Part shown: positions 50,174-59,315 of the stretch, piece after piece
How positions within the stretch are numbered: the stretch's first letter is position 1
Layout of the letters: the number at the start of each line of letters is the position of its first letter
Origin: an uncultured delta proteobacterium
Lineage (GTDB): Bacteria > Desulfobacterota > RBG-13-43-22
Length of the DNA stretch: 64,000 nt
Assembly (NCBI GenBank): GCA_963790475.1
Contig: CAWBOS010000010.1
Location: 416,001-480,000, forward strand
Direction of reading: 5' to 3'
The notes under the pieces: model-generated
What the model was told of the DNA's origin: nothing
Seen by the model: only the letters and a program-made list of their open reading frames with translations
Database searches by the model: none
Position numbers and translations under genes: made by a program

Positions 50174-50743
50174 GTCGTGTGGCTGTTTATCCGGGTTCTT
50201 TTGATCCCATTACCAACGGGCACCTCAGTCTGCTTCGCCGGGGCCTTCAGATATTCGATAAAATAATTATAGCCATTGCCATCAATCCGGTGAAAAAACC
50301 TTTGTTTACCCTGGAGGAACGGGTCGATATCCTCAAAGGGGTCCTGAAGGATTATCCCCGGATTGAAATCGATCATTTCCAGGGTTTGTTGGTGGACTAT
50401 GTTCAAAGAAGGGAAACCAATATCGTCTCTGCGGGGCTTGAGGGCCTTATCGGATTTTGAGTATGAATTCCAGTATTCCCTGATAAATCGAAAATTGAAC
50501 CAAAAGGTTGAGATGGTTTTTATGATGACCGACTATAAATGGTTTTATATCAGTTCAACCATTATCAAGGAGGCCGCTTCGCTGGGAGGCAATATTGACG
50601 GACTGGTCCCGGAAATAGTCAACCAGCGCTTGAGGGAAAAATTCGGATTTCCCCCCAAGTCCCCGGCCAAGAACCATTTAAAGGTCGATAACGGGATAAA
50701 AAATTCCGGGCGAAATTCCAGGAAAAGGGAAATCTGGGGGTAA
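50170..50743 (+). CDS. coaD: Phosphopantetheine adenylyltransferase with a 1-nt insertion near 50428
   Basis: YPGSFDPITNGH in one frame; RGLRALSDFEYEFQ and ISSTIIKE in the next; removing T50428 joins them. Confidence 0.92.
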
Positions 50744-50807
50744 TATCGGTCTATTTTCTGTACAACTTATCGGTTAACTTTAACCCGAGGAAAGTTGGAT
50801 GAAAATC

Positions 50808-50848
50808 AAAAGGCTCTTCTCTCTTTTTGGGAGAAGGGCCTTTTTTTT
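50808..50848 (+). terminator. Rho-independent terminator after coaD
   Basis: AAAAGGCTCTTCTC...GAGAAGGGCC followed by T8. Confidence 0.8.
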
Positions 50849-51285
50849 AGCTTGCACCAAGACTGCTGAAGAGCTCAGGAAGCGGTCGGTTAGCAGAGGA
50901 CAACGATGGTCAATGCCCTAGATCCGGTTATGAAAGGCGACAAAAAGATCATCCCTGAATTTTTGTGGCTGGCCTGGATGGTTTCCTGGACAGCCTGGCA
51001 GCGACACTCAAGAGATTTTTCTCCAACAAAGGACCAACAAAGGAACGGTAGGAGATAAAAAGGGGGCTTAGTCATTTCGGCTTGCCTTGAATAAGGGGCG
51101 TTATTCATAGACGGAGGAGGGGGTAGAAATATAAGAAGTCTGGTCTGTCGAAGGGGGAGGATTCTTTATGAAAACCTATTCCCGGGAGAATAATTCCAAA
51201 AAGGGAAAAAACCAAAGGGTTTTTATGTAAATTGAATTTGGCGACCTCACAAGTCCGCAAAAAACATAGTCATACGATACAACGA

Positions 51286-51910
51286 GTCGAGTAGCCCGGG
51301 GGAATTTCACCCCCAGGCCCTCACAGGTCCGGACGTGACAGTCTCCCGTCCTCCGGCTCCTATCATCCAGTTGCCTTTTATGGCGACCTTTCCTTACCTC
51401 TTGGTTCCTCCCATCGCTGGTTGACCAAAAGGCAAGGACAGATGATCCAACCCCTTCGCTCCATCCCCATTACAGAGATTTCAACACTACTACGAGTTGG
51501 TCCGTCCCTGTGCCCCGCATCGGTACTCTCATTCCTGTTGGGTCCTCCACTTGAATTTCTCCCTTATCATCGGGACGACAGGTTCCCACGTTCCACACCA
51601 GAGCCTAAATCAGGTTCGCGCCACCTTTATGCCGGATGCCGCCCAAGCAGTAAACAGGTTCCCCCTGAACTTATCCTGGAGATCAGTAAGCCCCCCAGTT
51701 TTGACATCATCCATTCATTTCGACACCTCAGAAGTAGTTCGCTTGCGCTCGCCTCCCTGATCCTTACCTGACAGGGTCGTGGCCCTGCCTCTTCCTTAAC
51801 GCCCACCACCATGGCCCTTTACCATCGCAGCTTAAGGTGGTTTGAAGCCTGCTCCTGCAAGCCGACTTCGAGGGACCTCCCCTCATCTCTTGTGCAGCTT
51901 CGTGGCACAC
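51286..51910 (-). mobile_element. ORF-less group II intron (IIB-like ribozyme), 625 nt, intergenic
   Basis: Minus strand begins GTGTG and ends GGGCTACTCGAC; domain V GAGCCGGAGGACGGGAGACTGTCACGTCCGGACC; domain VI CTGGGGGTGAAATTCCCCCGG; no RT ORF. Confidence 0.88.
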
Positions 51911-51932
51911 TTATCGATTTGAAATATGCATT

Positions 51933-51962
51933 AAAAAAGCAGGGCCAAATGACCCTGCCTTT
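51933..51962 (-). terminator. Rho-independent terminator of the PEP-CTERM gene
   Basis: GCAGGGTCA-ttt-GGCCCTGC followed by T6 on the minus strand. Confidence 0.8.
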
Positions 51963-51985
51963 GAGGAAAGAGATGATTGATATAA

Positions 51986-52921
51986 TTATTTTCTAAACTT
52001 CCTCCTGAATCCTACAAGCCCAAGCAAACCAGACCCAAGAAGCAGCATGGTGGCGGGTTCTGTGACAGGCTCTGAGTTATACGAAGGGGATTGATAAGTT
52101 TGCATATTGAAATATTCTTCTGATAACGTAACAGGTTCTCCATATCCAAGTCCGTATGCTTCCATACCTTTATATTTATCATAATTATAATTATCTGCTA
52201 GATAGGCAACCAAATTATTGAAGGTAAAACCACCACCATTTAGTTCACCTAAAAATTTATCAATTTCCCTACCAAAATATGAAACTCCAGAAAAATCATA
52301 AGCACTACCAGAAGTTTTACTAGCAGATGTAAGTATTGAGATGTTATCAAGCTGGCTTAGTTCGTCAATAAAACCACCTGAATTGCAAGAATCAATAATA
52401 ACAATTTTATTCTTATTAGAAGGAAAATAACTTAGATATTGTTTTAGCTCTTTATCAGTAATTCCATAGTTATTGCTTACGCCGTCGCTACCTATAAATA
52501 CTGTATAGTCAGGATTTTCAGAATTTACTTCCAATCCGTGTCCAGTAATATAAAACAAAAAATTTTCTGATTTTGTAAAACTATCGGTCATTAAATTAGC
52601 ATAATTTTGAAAAGTATATCCAATGTTACCTGAAGTTTCATTTAAATTTCCACCAGGTCCACTCTTTCCTGTTTGATATAATGTAAAGCCATAAAAATTA
52701 TCATTATAATATCCAAATTTCCTTGCAAGAACTTCCGCAACTGTTGCTCCTTTATAATCTCGACCTGTATCGTCATTTATCCCAACAAACAATGCAAGCG
52801 TTTTACTGTCATAAAGATTATTATTTGCGGGGTGATCAAAATATATTTCTGAAGAAAAAGCTCCTGACACCAAAAGCAGATAAATCAAAATTCCAAAAAT
52901 AAAGTGTCTCAAAAGTCTCAT
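51986..52921 (-). CDS. Secreted caspase-like (clan CD) peptidase-domain protein with PEP-CTERM sorting signal
   Basis: Signal peptide; ALFVGIN, FYITGHG, IIDSCNSGGF; C-terminus VTEPATMLLLGSGLLGLVGFRRKFRK; AT-rich body. Confidence 0.8.
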   Translation of the reverse strand: MRLLRHFIFGILIYLLLVSGAFSSEIYFDHPANNNLYDSKTLALFVGINDDTGRDYKGATVAEVLARKFGYYNDNFYGFTLYQTGKSGPGGNLNETSGNIGYTFQNYANLMTDSFTKSENFLFYITGHGLEVNSENPDYTVFIGSDGVSNNYGITDKELKQYLSYFPSNKNKIVIIDSCNSGGFIDELSQLDNISILTSASKTSGSAYDFSGVSYFGREIDKFLGELNGGGFTFNNLVAYLADNYNYDKYKGMEAYGLGYGEPVTLSEEYFNMQTYQSPSYNSEPVTEPATMLLLGSGLLGLVGFRRKFRK

Positions 52922-52968
52922 TTTATATCTCCTTAAACATTAATATTAATTCATTAAAACTGAAGCTA

Positions 52969-53070
52969 CTATGCTGCGTCCGTGAAGACGGCGTCCGCAA
53001 ATGCTGACGTCGACATGATGACCATGAAAAGCATTACAATAAAAAAACAATTGCGTCTTAAAGAACCCAT
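52969..53070 (-). pseudogene. 33-aa ORF that is essentially a signal peptide (remnant of an exported-protein gene)
   Basis: AAAGGAGA RBS; MGSLRRNCFFIVMLFMVIMSTSAFA-DAVFTDAA*. Confidence 0.55.
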
Positions 53071-53154
53071 AAAATCTCCTTTCTCAATGTCATCCACGCC
53101 TTGCTGAAAAGTGTGGAAGAGTCGCAAAGCCCTTTCATTTAATCCTTATACTTA

Positions 53155-53170
53155 TGCAACTGCTAAGCCA
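53155..53170 (-). promoter_or_regulatory. Sigma-54 -24/-12 promoter
   Basis: TGGCTTAGCAGTTGCA (GG-N10-GC) upstream of the PEP-CTERM locus. Confidence 0.75.
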
Positions 53171-53234
53171 AAAATATAACAATCAGTAATTATTATATAA
53201 TTATAGATATGTCAAGGATAAAAGTTCCCAAATC

Positions 53235-53374
53235 TGTAAAGTAATCTGACAATAAAACGGGATACCGCAAGTCATAAAAATAGGCACATAGAAAAATATC
53301 AAGTTATTTCGATGAGAAACAAAGAAATAGGCCGGATTTGGGGAGAGATTAAAATTATGTAAAGAATCCCGACA
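53235..53374. promoter_or_regulatory. Two TGT-N11-ACA enhancer boxes (PEP-CTERM/PrsR type)
   Basis: TGTAAAGTAATCTGACA (53235-53251) and TGTAAAGAATCCCGACA (53358-53374). Confidence 0.7.
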
Positions 53375-53725
53375 TTTTTACAAAAAACCCAAATGGCCTG
53401 GTCCGAGAGAGTCTTGTTAAGGGATGCTAAAAGAAAAAGTGTTTTTTTTGTGCTCAGAGATTAAAAAAGATTTTTATTGTGTTATGCAACCTCATTAACG
53501 ATTATCGATTGAACTCTTGTCTTTTTTCAAAAATGAAAATCTGAAGAGTTCAGGTCAGGAAGAACCCATCAAGTTTCCTCGAAAATTACCCCAAAACCCC
53601 TAATTCAATGATTGCACCTTCTCATGTTTGCTATGTACTGGAGAATTGTGAGATGTCCCTCTCCTTGCAGGACAAAAATTCCGATCTGATGCTTGATGAA
53701 AACCTTAAAAAAGCCACAGTCAGGT

Positions 53726-54487
53726 TCACCATAGACCGGGAATCAGGGCCCTTCGCTCCGGGGGATAATCAGGAAAATATCCCTTGTACCAACGATGATG
53801 TGCCCGAGCCCGTGGGATTAAATTTGCCATCGTCCACAAGGCAAAGGAAAATCCTGCCAGAGACCAGGTTGCGATCGCCCAGCCAATCCAAATGAGAATT
53901 TCACCCAGGTAATTCGGGCAAGAGATAAAACGGAACATTCCCTTGTCGGTGATTTTATAATTTTTTTCCCCCGGCTGACGTAGATTTCTAAGTTCCATAT
54001 CCGCCTGACGGTTCAATACAAAACCGATGAGGAATAAGGCGACTCCGCAAATCAACCGGGGATCCCTGAGCCATTCGTTGCCGTAGCCTTCAGAAAACGA
54101 AAACAGATAACTTCCATTCAAATAGGCATTTGCCGAGTTGAAAATTAATCCGAGACTCATCACCAGAACCGGCATTCGTTTTACCGTAGTCCGCAAAGTA
54201 AACGGGTAAATAAAAGCGCGGTGGATGTAGTGGGCTTCCCACAGGCAGAAAAAGAGGAATAGAACCGGAGTTTTTTCATTGCCGCCAACCACAAAACACA
54301 CGGCAAACAATACCGGTGATATGGATTCCATGACCACCCATCCTATCCTGTCGGACACGGTTGCCCCCCAACCCCTGCGGGCGTAACGTCCATAGGGTGC
54401 TGCTATATAAAAAAGGGAAATGAAAATAATCAGCGCCAGAACGACCCATCCTACAACCAATCCATTATAAAATGTCAGGCCGGTCAT
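53726..54487 (-). CDS. Steroid 5-alpha-reductase family (SRD5A-like) membrane protein
   Basis: APYGRY, GWVVMES, HYIHRAFIYPF, D..LRNLR, SCPNYLGEI, HHRWY. Confidence 0.88.
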   Translation of the reverse strand: MTGLTFYNGLVVGWVVLALIIFISLFYIAAPYGRYARRGWGATVSDRIGWVVMESISPVLFAVCFVVGGNEKTPVLFLFFCLWEAHYIHRAFIYPFTLRTTVKRMPVLVMSLGLIFNSANAYLNGSYLFSFSEGYGNEWLRDPRLICGVALFLIGFVLNRQADMELRNLRQPGEKNYKITDKGMFRFISCPNYLGEILIWIGWAIATWSLAGFSFALWTMANLIPRARAHHRWYKGYFPDYPPERRALIPGLW

Positions 54488-54505
54488 CCGATATCTTTCA
54501 GTATT

Positions 54506-55486
54506 TCAGGGAAGCCGGCCATTCGACTTGAACCAATTAAGGGTATCAGCAATGGTTTCTTTGAGCGGCCGCGGATGATAACCGAGCTCTGTGCTCGCTT
54601 TGGCATGGCTGACCTTCTTATTTCCCCGGAGGGCAGCCAAAGACACTTTGGTAAAAAGGGGCCGTTTCCCGGAAAAGTGAGCCAGGCGGGTTGCAATCGG
54701 GGCCCCGATATCGGCCAGCCATAAAGGGCAGGTCCATCGGGGTGGAGTTATCTCCAAGATCTCTTTCAGCATGAACGCCAGATCAGGCATCGAGGCCCAG
54801 TGTCCTGACAGAAGATATTTCGAGCCCCGCGTGGCCAGTTCTTCGGCTCTCATCGCCCCATAGGCGACATCGCGCGCGTCAACCCAGTCAAATCCGCCAT
54901 TGACCAGGGCGGGGAACTTCCCACAGGCCATGGATAACAGGACCTCACCGAAATGGGAAGGATAATAGTCATAGGGGCCGATCACGCCGGTCGGATTGAT
55001 AATTACGGCGTTGAGTCCTCTTTCCATCCCTCTTAGAATTTCTTTTTCTCCTCCGGCCTTGGAAATATCGTAAGGAGGGGCACCTTCCGAGGAGACCGGC
55101 GGCCGGGTCTCATCCACGGGACTATCTAAAGGTTCCTGTTCCAGGGCGTGGATCGAACTGAAATGAATCAGCCGACTCACGCCGTGGCGAAGACAGGCTT
55201 CCACCACATTCTTGGTGCCGGCCACATTGATTGACTGGCACTTTTCCCTCTCATTCATTCGCAGAGATATATATCCCGCCAGATGATAAACGACATCAAC
55301 CCCTTCAAAGGCCCTAAGAAGGGAATCAAGGTCACAGGTATTCCCTTTAACGATATCTACATCCAATCCTTCAAAGGCCTGTCCATTCAGGTGCTGCAGC
55401 ACACTCACCTTTCTACCCTCAGCCATCAATGCTCGGATCAGATTGGCTCCGATATGCCCGCTGGCACCGGTTACTATTGTTTTCAT
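54506..55486 (-). CDS. NAD-dependent epimerase/dehydratase (DFR/3-beta-HSD/HpnA-like)
   Basis: VTGASGHIG, VYHLAG, FSSIHA, YDISK, NPTGVIGPYD. Confidence 0.85.
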   Translation of the reverse strand: MKTIVTGASGHIGANLIRALMAEGRKVSVLQHLNGQAFEGLDVDIVKGNTCDLDSLLRAFEGVDVVYHLAGYISLRMNEREKCQSINVAGTKNVVEACLRHGVSRLIHFSSIHALEQEPLDSPVDETRPPVSSEGAPPYDISKAGGEKEILRGMERGLNAVIINPTGVIGPYDYYPSHFGEVLLSMACGKFPALVNGGFDWVDARDVAYGAMRAEELATRGSKYLLSGHWASMPDLAFMLKEILEITPPRWTCPLWLADIGAPIATRLAHFSGKRPLFTKVSLAALRGNKKVSHAKASTELGYHPRPLKETIADTLNWFKSNGRLP

Positions 55487-55602
55487 AAAATTTCAGAAAT
55501 TTCAATTAGGTTTGTTAGATCCTGGCAATGATCATCCGAGAATTTATCTCTAACATTCTATCCAAGGCCCCCTATGACCCCCCCAATTTCAAATATATTT
55601 GG

Positions 55603-56682
55603 TTAGGTTTTGAAGCAATGCAGAAAGTCATAGATCACCTTTCCCGTATCGGCCCAGTTGGGATGCTTAACAAAAGTCCGGCGTGCGGCCAAGCTCATCC
55701 CCAGGAGGCCTTCCCGGTTTTCGGCCAGCTCATGAATATGGGAGCTTAAGGTTTCTGCATCCCCGGGTGCGACGAGAAAGCCGTTGAGACCATGGGTCAC
55801 GATTTCGTCTGCTCCTCCCGCCTGCGAGGCGATAGCCGGCAGACCAAAGCCCATCCCCTCCAGGTAGACGATCCCAAAACCCTCCCATGACGAGGGGACT
55901 ACAAGAAGTTGACTCTGCCTAAATAGCTGTTCCAGGTCCGGATCAGAAACTTCACCCACAAAGGATATCCGGTCACCAAGCTGCGCCTCGCGGATTTGCC
56001 TATGAATAGCACTAACATAACCTTGGTCCCAGGCCGGGTTCCCGACCACGGTGAGACGCCAGAGCCTGGTTTCGATCGTTGAAAGGGCGGAAATCACGGT
56101 ATGGAGAGATTTTCGGGGAATGAGAGCCCCGAGAAAAAGAAGTTCGAGAGGGCCAGGCCTGGTTGCCCTTAAGACCAGGTCCTTTTCCGTGAGTGTGCTT
56201 GAGAATCGGTCTCCCGCCGGGTAGGCCACTACCCACGGCTTATCGTTCCCGATCAGCCGGAGGGCTGCCTGAGCGGTGTTCCGGCTGTTGCAAACCAATC
56301 CATCGACAATAGAGAAAAATCGTTTTTCGATAATCCGGTAAAATCGGTTTTTCCTCCTTGGGTGTTCCTCTTGGCAGCGAAGATGATGAACCACGGTAAT
56401 AATCGGAACCGGGAGGGTGCGGCGCAGGCGGTTGTTGAGCAGGAAGAACGAAGGGTGGACCAGTTCATCTTCCAGGACCAGGTCCGGGGAGAAGTCCTTT
56501 AGCTTAGGCAAAAAGGAAAACGAAATATTAAAGATCAGGGACCGCCCATAGCGTCTCCAAGGCACGGAGAAGACCTCGACCGTATCCCCCTGTTCCCGGA
56601 GATAGCGGACGAACATGCGGTCATAGAGAAATCCACCGGTCATCGTCTCGATGTCGCCGTAGACGATAAGTCCGATTCTCAC
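55603..56682 (-). CDS. Glycosyltransferase family 4
   Basis: TGGFLYDR, LGALIPRKS, PSSWEGFGIVYLEGM..GLP. Confidence 0.88.
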   Translation of the reverse strand: MRIGLIVYGDIETMTGGFLYDRMFVRYLREQGDTVEVFSVPWRRYGRSLIFNISFSFLPKLKDFSPDLVLEDELVHPSFFLLNNRLRRTLPVPIITVVHHLRCQEEHPRRKNRFYRIIEKRFFSIVDGLVCNSRNTAQAALRLIGNDKPWVVAYPAGDRFSSTLTEKDLVLRATRPGPLELLFLGALIPRKSLHTVISALSTIETRLWRLTVVGNPAWDQGYVSAIHRQIREAQLGDRISFVGEVSDPDLEQLFRQSQLLVVPSSWEGFGIVYLEGMGFGLPAIASQAGGADEIVTHGLNGFLVAPGDAETLSSHIHELAENREGLLGMSLAARRTFVKHPNWADTGKVIYDFLHCFKT

Positions 56683-57059
56683 GAGAGTACTTCGGAGTAA
56701 GAGGCCCAGGCCTGATTATTCTCCCAGATTTTTACCGTAAGTGCTGCCAGGTGGGGCAAAGGGCCCTCCTGTCGGATATCGGTCGAGATAATTCGGGCCA
56801 AGTGCTCGATACTGGGATTGAGCCCGTCAAACTGGGACAAATCATTGAGGAGCCTGTCCTGGTAAAAGGTCAAGATTTTTTCCAATCTCGTTTCCAGGTC
56901 AACAATGTCAATCAAATATCCGTGGGTGTCCAGCCCTGGCCCCGAGACCTCCACCTCAATGCGGTATTGATGGGCATGGGCGAAATTCTCAGGCCCCCAG
57001 TTCCCTCCGAAGAGGAAGTGCCGGGCAACAAACTCACGCTGAATGGCAACGCTGTACAT
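56679..57059 (-). CDS. 6-pyruvoyl-tetrahydropterin synthase-like T-fold protein (COG0720), non-QueD type
   Basis: FVARHFL, HAHQY, LNDL, NPSIEHLA, KIWEN; lacks the QueD CxxxHGH Cys. Confidence 0.8.
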   Translation of the reverse strand: MYSVAIQREFVARHFLFGGNWGPENFAHAHQYRIEVEVSGPGLDTHGYLIDIVDLETRLEKILTFYQDRLLNDLSQFDGLNPSIEHLARIISTDIRQEGPLPHLAALTVKIWENNQAWASYSEVLS

Positions 57060-57071
57060 AGTCAGATTCTT

Positions 57072-58106
57072 TCAATAGGCCAAAACAACCTGGAGGCAGT
57101 CTCCGGGGTTTTCATCCAACAGGGAATAGGCTTCTCCCGCCTCGGAAAAGGGAAAGGAGTGGGTAATGAGACCTGAAGGCTTAGCCTCCGCCAGAAGGCG
57201 CCAGGCGAGCCCAAGAAGCCGTTTCTTGGTCCACCTCTCCTCCAAGCTGGGATCAATGCTGCTCACTTGGCTGCTCATGATCCGGATCCGGCTTCTGTGG
57301 AAAGACCCTCCCAGGTGCAGGGTAGCGTCTTTCGTGCCATACCAGGAGCCGATTACAATCCTGCCGGCGAATCCGGTAATGGCGATGGCCTGATCCAGGG
57401 CTTCCGGGTTTCCCGATATCTCATAGGTCAGATCTGCCCCCCGATACTCTCCCAGCCCCTGAAGAAGGGAGATAATCTCCTGGTCTGGGCACCCGGCCGG
57501 GTCGATACTTTTGTCGGCCCCTATTTGTTCGGAAGCTTTACGCCTGGCCGGAAAGCGGTCGAGAGTGAGGAGGCAGGCCAAAGGCATCCGGGATAGGATG
57601 GCCGTGACCAGGAGCCCCACAACTCCCTGTCCAAAAACGGCCACCTGTTCCCCTACCGATGGGTTCCCATCCAGGAGAAGGGTTAAGGCGGTCTCCATAT
57701 TGGGGAGAAAAACCGCATCCGGGATCGCCAGGTTGGAAGGAACAGGGTAAAGCTCGGTCACCTTGGCTGAAAAATAATTCTGATGAGGTTGGAAGGCAAA
57801 AACTTTCCTCCCCTGCCACAGAGGATCTACTCCGGGACCCAGGGAGACCACCTCGCCAACCGCGGCATATCCGTACTTCATGGGAAAGGAGAAGGTCCCC
57901 TCGAGGGCTTCGATGGTGGCGTCCACTGCCAGGCCCGACGGGGTTTGGCCCCGATAGAGAAGAAGTTCTGTTCCCGCACTGATGGCTGAAACAATTGTTT
58001 TGACGGTTACCTCGGCCTCGGAAGGGCCGGAGAGTTCTTCCTCTCTGATTCCCACTTGATAAGGGGCCTCAAACCAGAGGGCCTGTCTCTTCATTCCCCA
58101 GCCCAA
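57072..58106 (-). CDS. Zinc-binding-type (MDR) dehydrogenase
   Basis: SAISAGTE, KYGYAAVG, NMETA, GQGVVG, GSWYG, SSQV. Confidence 0.85.
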   Translation of the reverse strand: MGWGMKRQALWFEAPYQVGIREEELSGPSEAEVTVKTIVSAISAGTELLLYRGQTPSGLAVDATIEALEGTFSFPMKYGYAAVGEVVSLGPGVDPLWQGRKVFAFQPHQNYFSAKVTELYPVPSNLAIPDAVFLPNMETALTLLLDGNPSVGEQVAVFGQGVVGLLVTAILSRMPLACLLTLDRFPARRKASEQIGADKSIDPAGCPDQEIISLLQGLGEYRGADLTYEISGNPEALDQAIAITGFAGRIVIGSWYGTKDATLHLGGSFHRSRIRIMSSQVSSIDPSLEERWTKKRLLGLAWRLLAEAKPSGLITHSFPFSEAGEAYSLLDENPGDCLQVVLAY

Positions 58107-58813
58107 TCCGGATCGGCCCGGAGCATCATATCGTTTCCAACCTTCTCATAACAAATGTTGACAAAACGGGGGAAACGGTTCGGCTCGACATCGGCAATGG
58201 CATCAATGATACGAATGCCTCCCACCAGAAGGGGGGTTATGCTGACCACGATCTGGTTCACTGCTTTGGCCAGGAGAAAGCTCTTGATCACCTCGGCGCC
58301 GCCCTCGACCATTATACTGAGAATACCCATCTGGCCCAGATGAGTGAGCAGAGTCCTAATATCGATGCGCCCATCTGGGCCGGAGGGAAGACGAAAGACC
58401 TTGGCTCCGCAGGCTTCCAGGGACCGCTCCCGGTCCGCACCAGCGCTATCGGTGGTAAAGATCCAAGGCTTACGACCGTTACAGTCTAAAAGCCTGGCGT
58501 AGGGAGGAAACCTGAGCCGGCTGTCCAGGATCAGGGGCTGGGGATCTCGACCTTCCACCATTCTGACCGTAAGCCGGGGATCATCGGCCAGCACCGAACC
58601 AATACCAACGAGGATGGCATCATGCATGGCCCGAAGATTGTGGGTGAGAACGAGGGACTCGGCGCAGCTTATGGCCAGAGGATATCCCGGTCGAAGAGCA
58701 ATGCTCCCGTCAAGACTTTGAGCGTAGCTTATAGTCACGAAGGGGAGCCCTGATTCTTTGGTGAAGTTTTTCCCGAGTTCGAGTTTGTGTTGTACTTCGC
58801 TGAGTAGGGTCAT
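58091..58813 (-). CDS. RibD C-terminal reductase-domain protein (no deaminase domain)
   Basis: SYAQSLDGSIA, HNLRAMHDAILVGIGSVLADDPRLTVR, MVEGGA; start uncertain (58813 or 58873). Confidence 0.85.
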   Translation of the reverse strand: MTLLSEVQHKLELGKNFTKESGLPFVTISYAQSLDGSIALRPGYPLAISCAESLVLTHNLRAMHDAILVGIGSVLADDPRLTVRMVEGRDPQPLILDSRLRFPPYARLLDCNGRKPWIFTTDSAGADRERSLEACGAKVFRLPSGPDGRIDIRTLLTHLGQMGILSIMVEGGAEVIKSFLLAKAVNQIVVSITPLLVGGIRIIDAIADVEPNRFPRFVNICYEKVGNDMMLRADPDWAGE

Positions 58814-59030
58814 TTTCGGCTGCCTAATCCCTTGGCCGTGAAGGCCGGTTTTTTGACGAGTGTCCCCGGGCAACGGAAAATAGGCTAAAAGACTTTAATA
58901 CCAGTGTGCAATAAGTTCAATTGATCGGAGAAACGACCGCCCACCCCGGGTTCCCATAAGAAAAGGCGGTTTACCCTGACCAGTCCTGCCGGTCCTGCCA
59001 CTTTCAAAGAACTTACTTGGTGATCAGAAA

Positions 59031-59125
59031 AGTATAAAACAAGGAAAAGACATGGTCAAGGAGAAAACAAGGAGAAAACAAGTAAGATTCCAAACCTTGA
59101 CCTTTCCCCTCTTTTTTTCTATAAT
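59031..59125. promoter_or_regulatory. Back-to-back divergent sigma-70 promoters
   Basis: Minus: TTGACC(59059-59054)-17-TATACT(59036-59031). Plus: TTGACC(59097-59102)-17-TATAAT(59120-59125). Tandem CAAGGAGAAAA x2 lies between them. Confidence 0.7.
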
Positions 59126-59315
59126 AAAAACTGGTCTGGTGAACCGGGGCCTTTTATTAATAAGCAGATTGAAACAGCGGGCCTGCATTGCCGAAACACT
59201 GACTATGTTTTTTCTTTAAACATTGGGCATGCTGCAATTTTCCATAAATTTTTACACTAACGAGGTGAAGATTGAGGGTAGGGGTTGTCTATAATAACTT
59301 GGAAAGGACTTACCA

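Noticed and set aside
50890-51108. 72-aa minus-strand ORF downstream of the intron
   Set aside because: No recognisable family or RBS; cannot be supported.
51286-51910. Class IIC intron, because it follows a terminator
   Set aside because: Domain V is full length with an AGC triad, the size is about 625 nt, and the insertion is about 22 nt from the U-tract; this fits IIB better.
51421-51996. Short ORFs overlapping the intron
   Set aside because: No RT or other motifs; incidental frames in structured RNA.
53090-53135. c-di-GMP riboswitch (CGCAAAGCC)
   Set aside because: The motif is on the strand opposite the downstream gene and lacks the expected P1/P2 context.
56679-58813. Queuosine (queD) or riboflavin (ribD) genes
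   Set aside because: The QueD Cys and the RibD deaminase domain are absent, and there are no que or rib neighbours.
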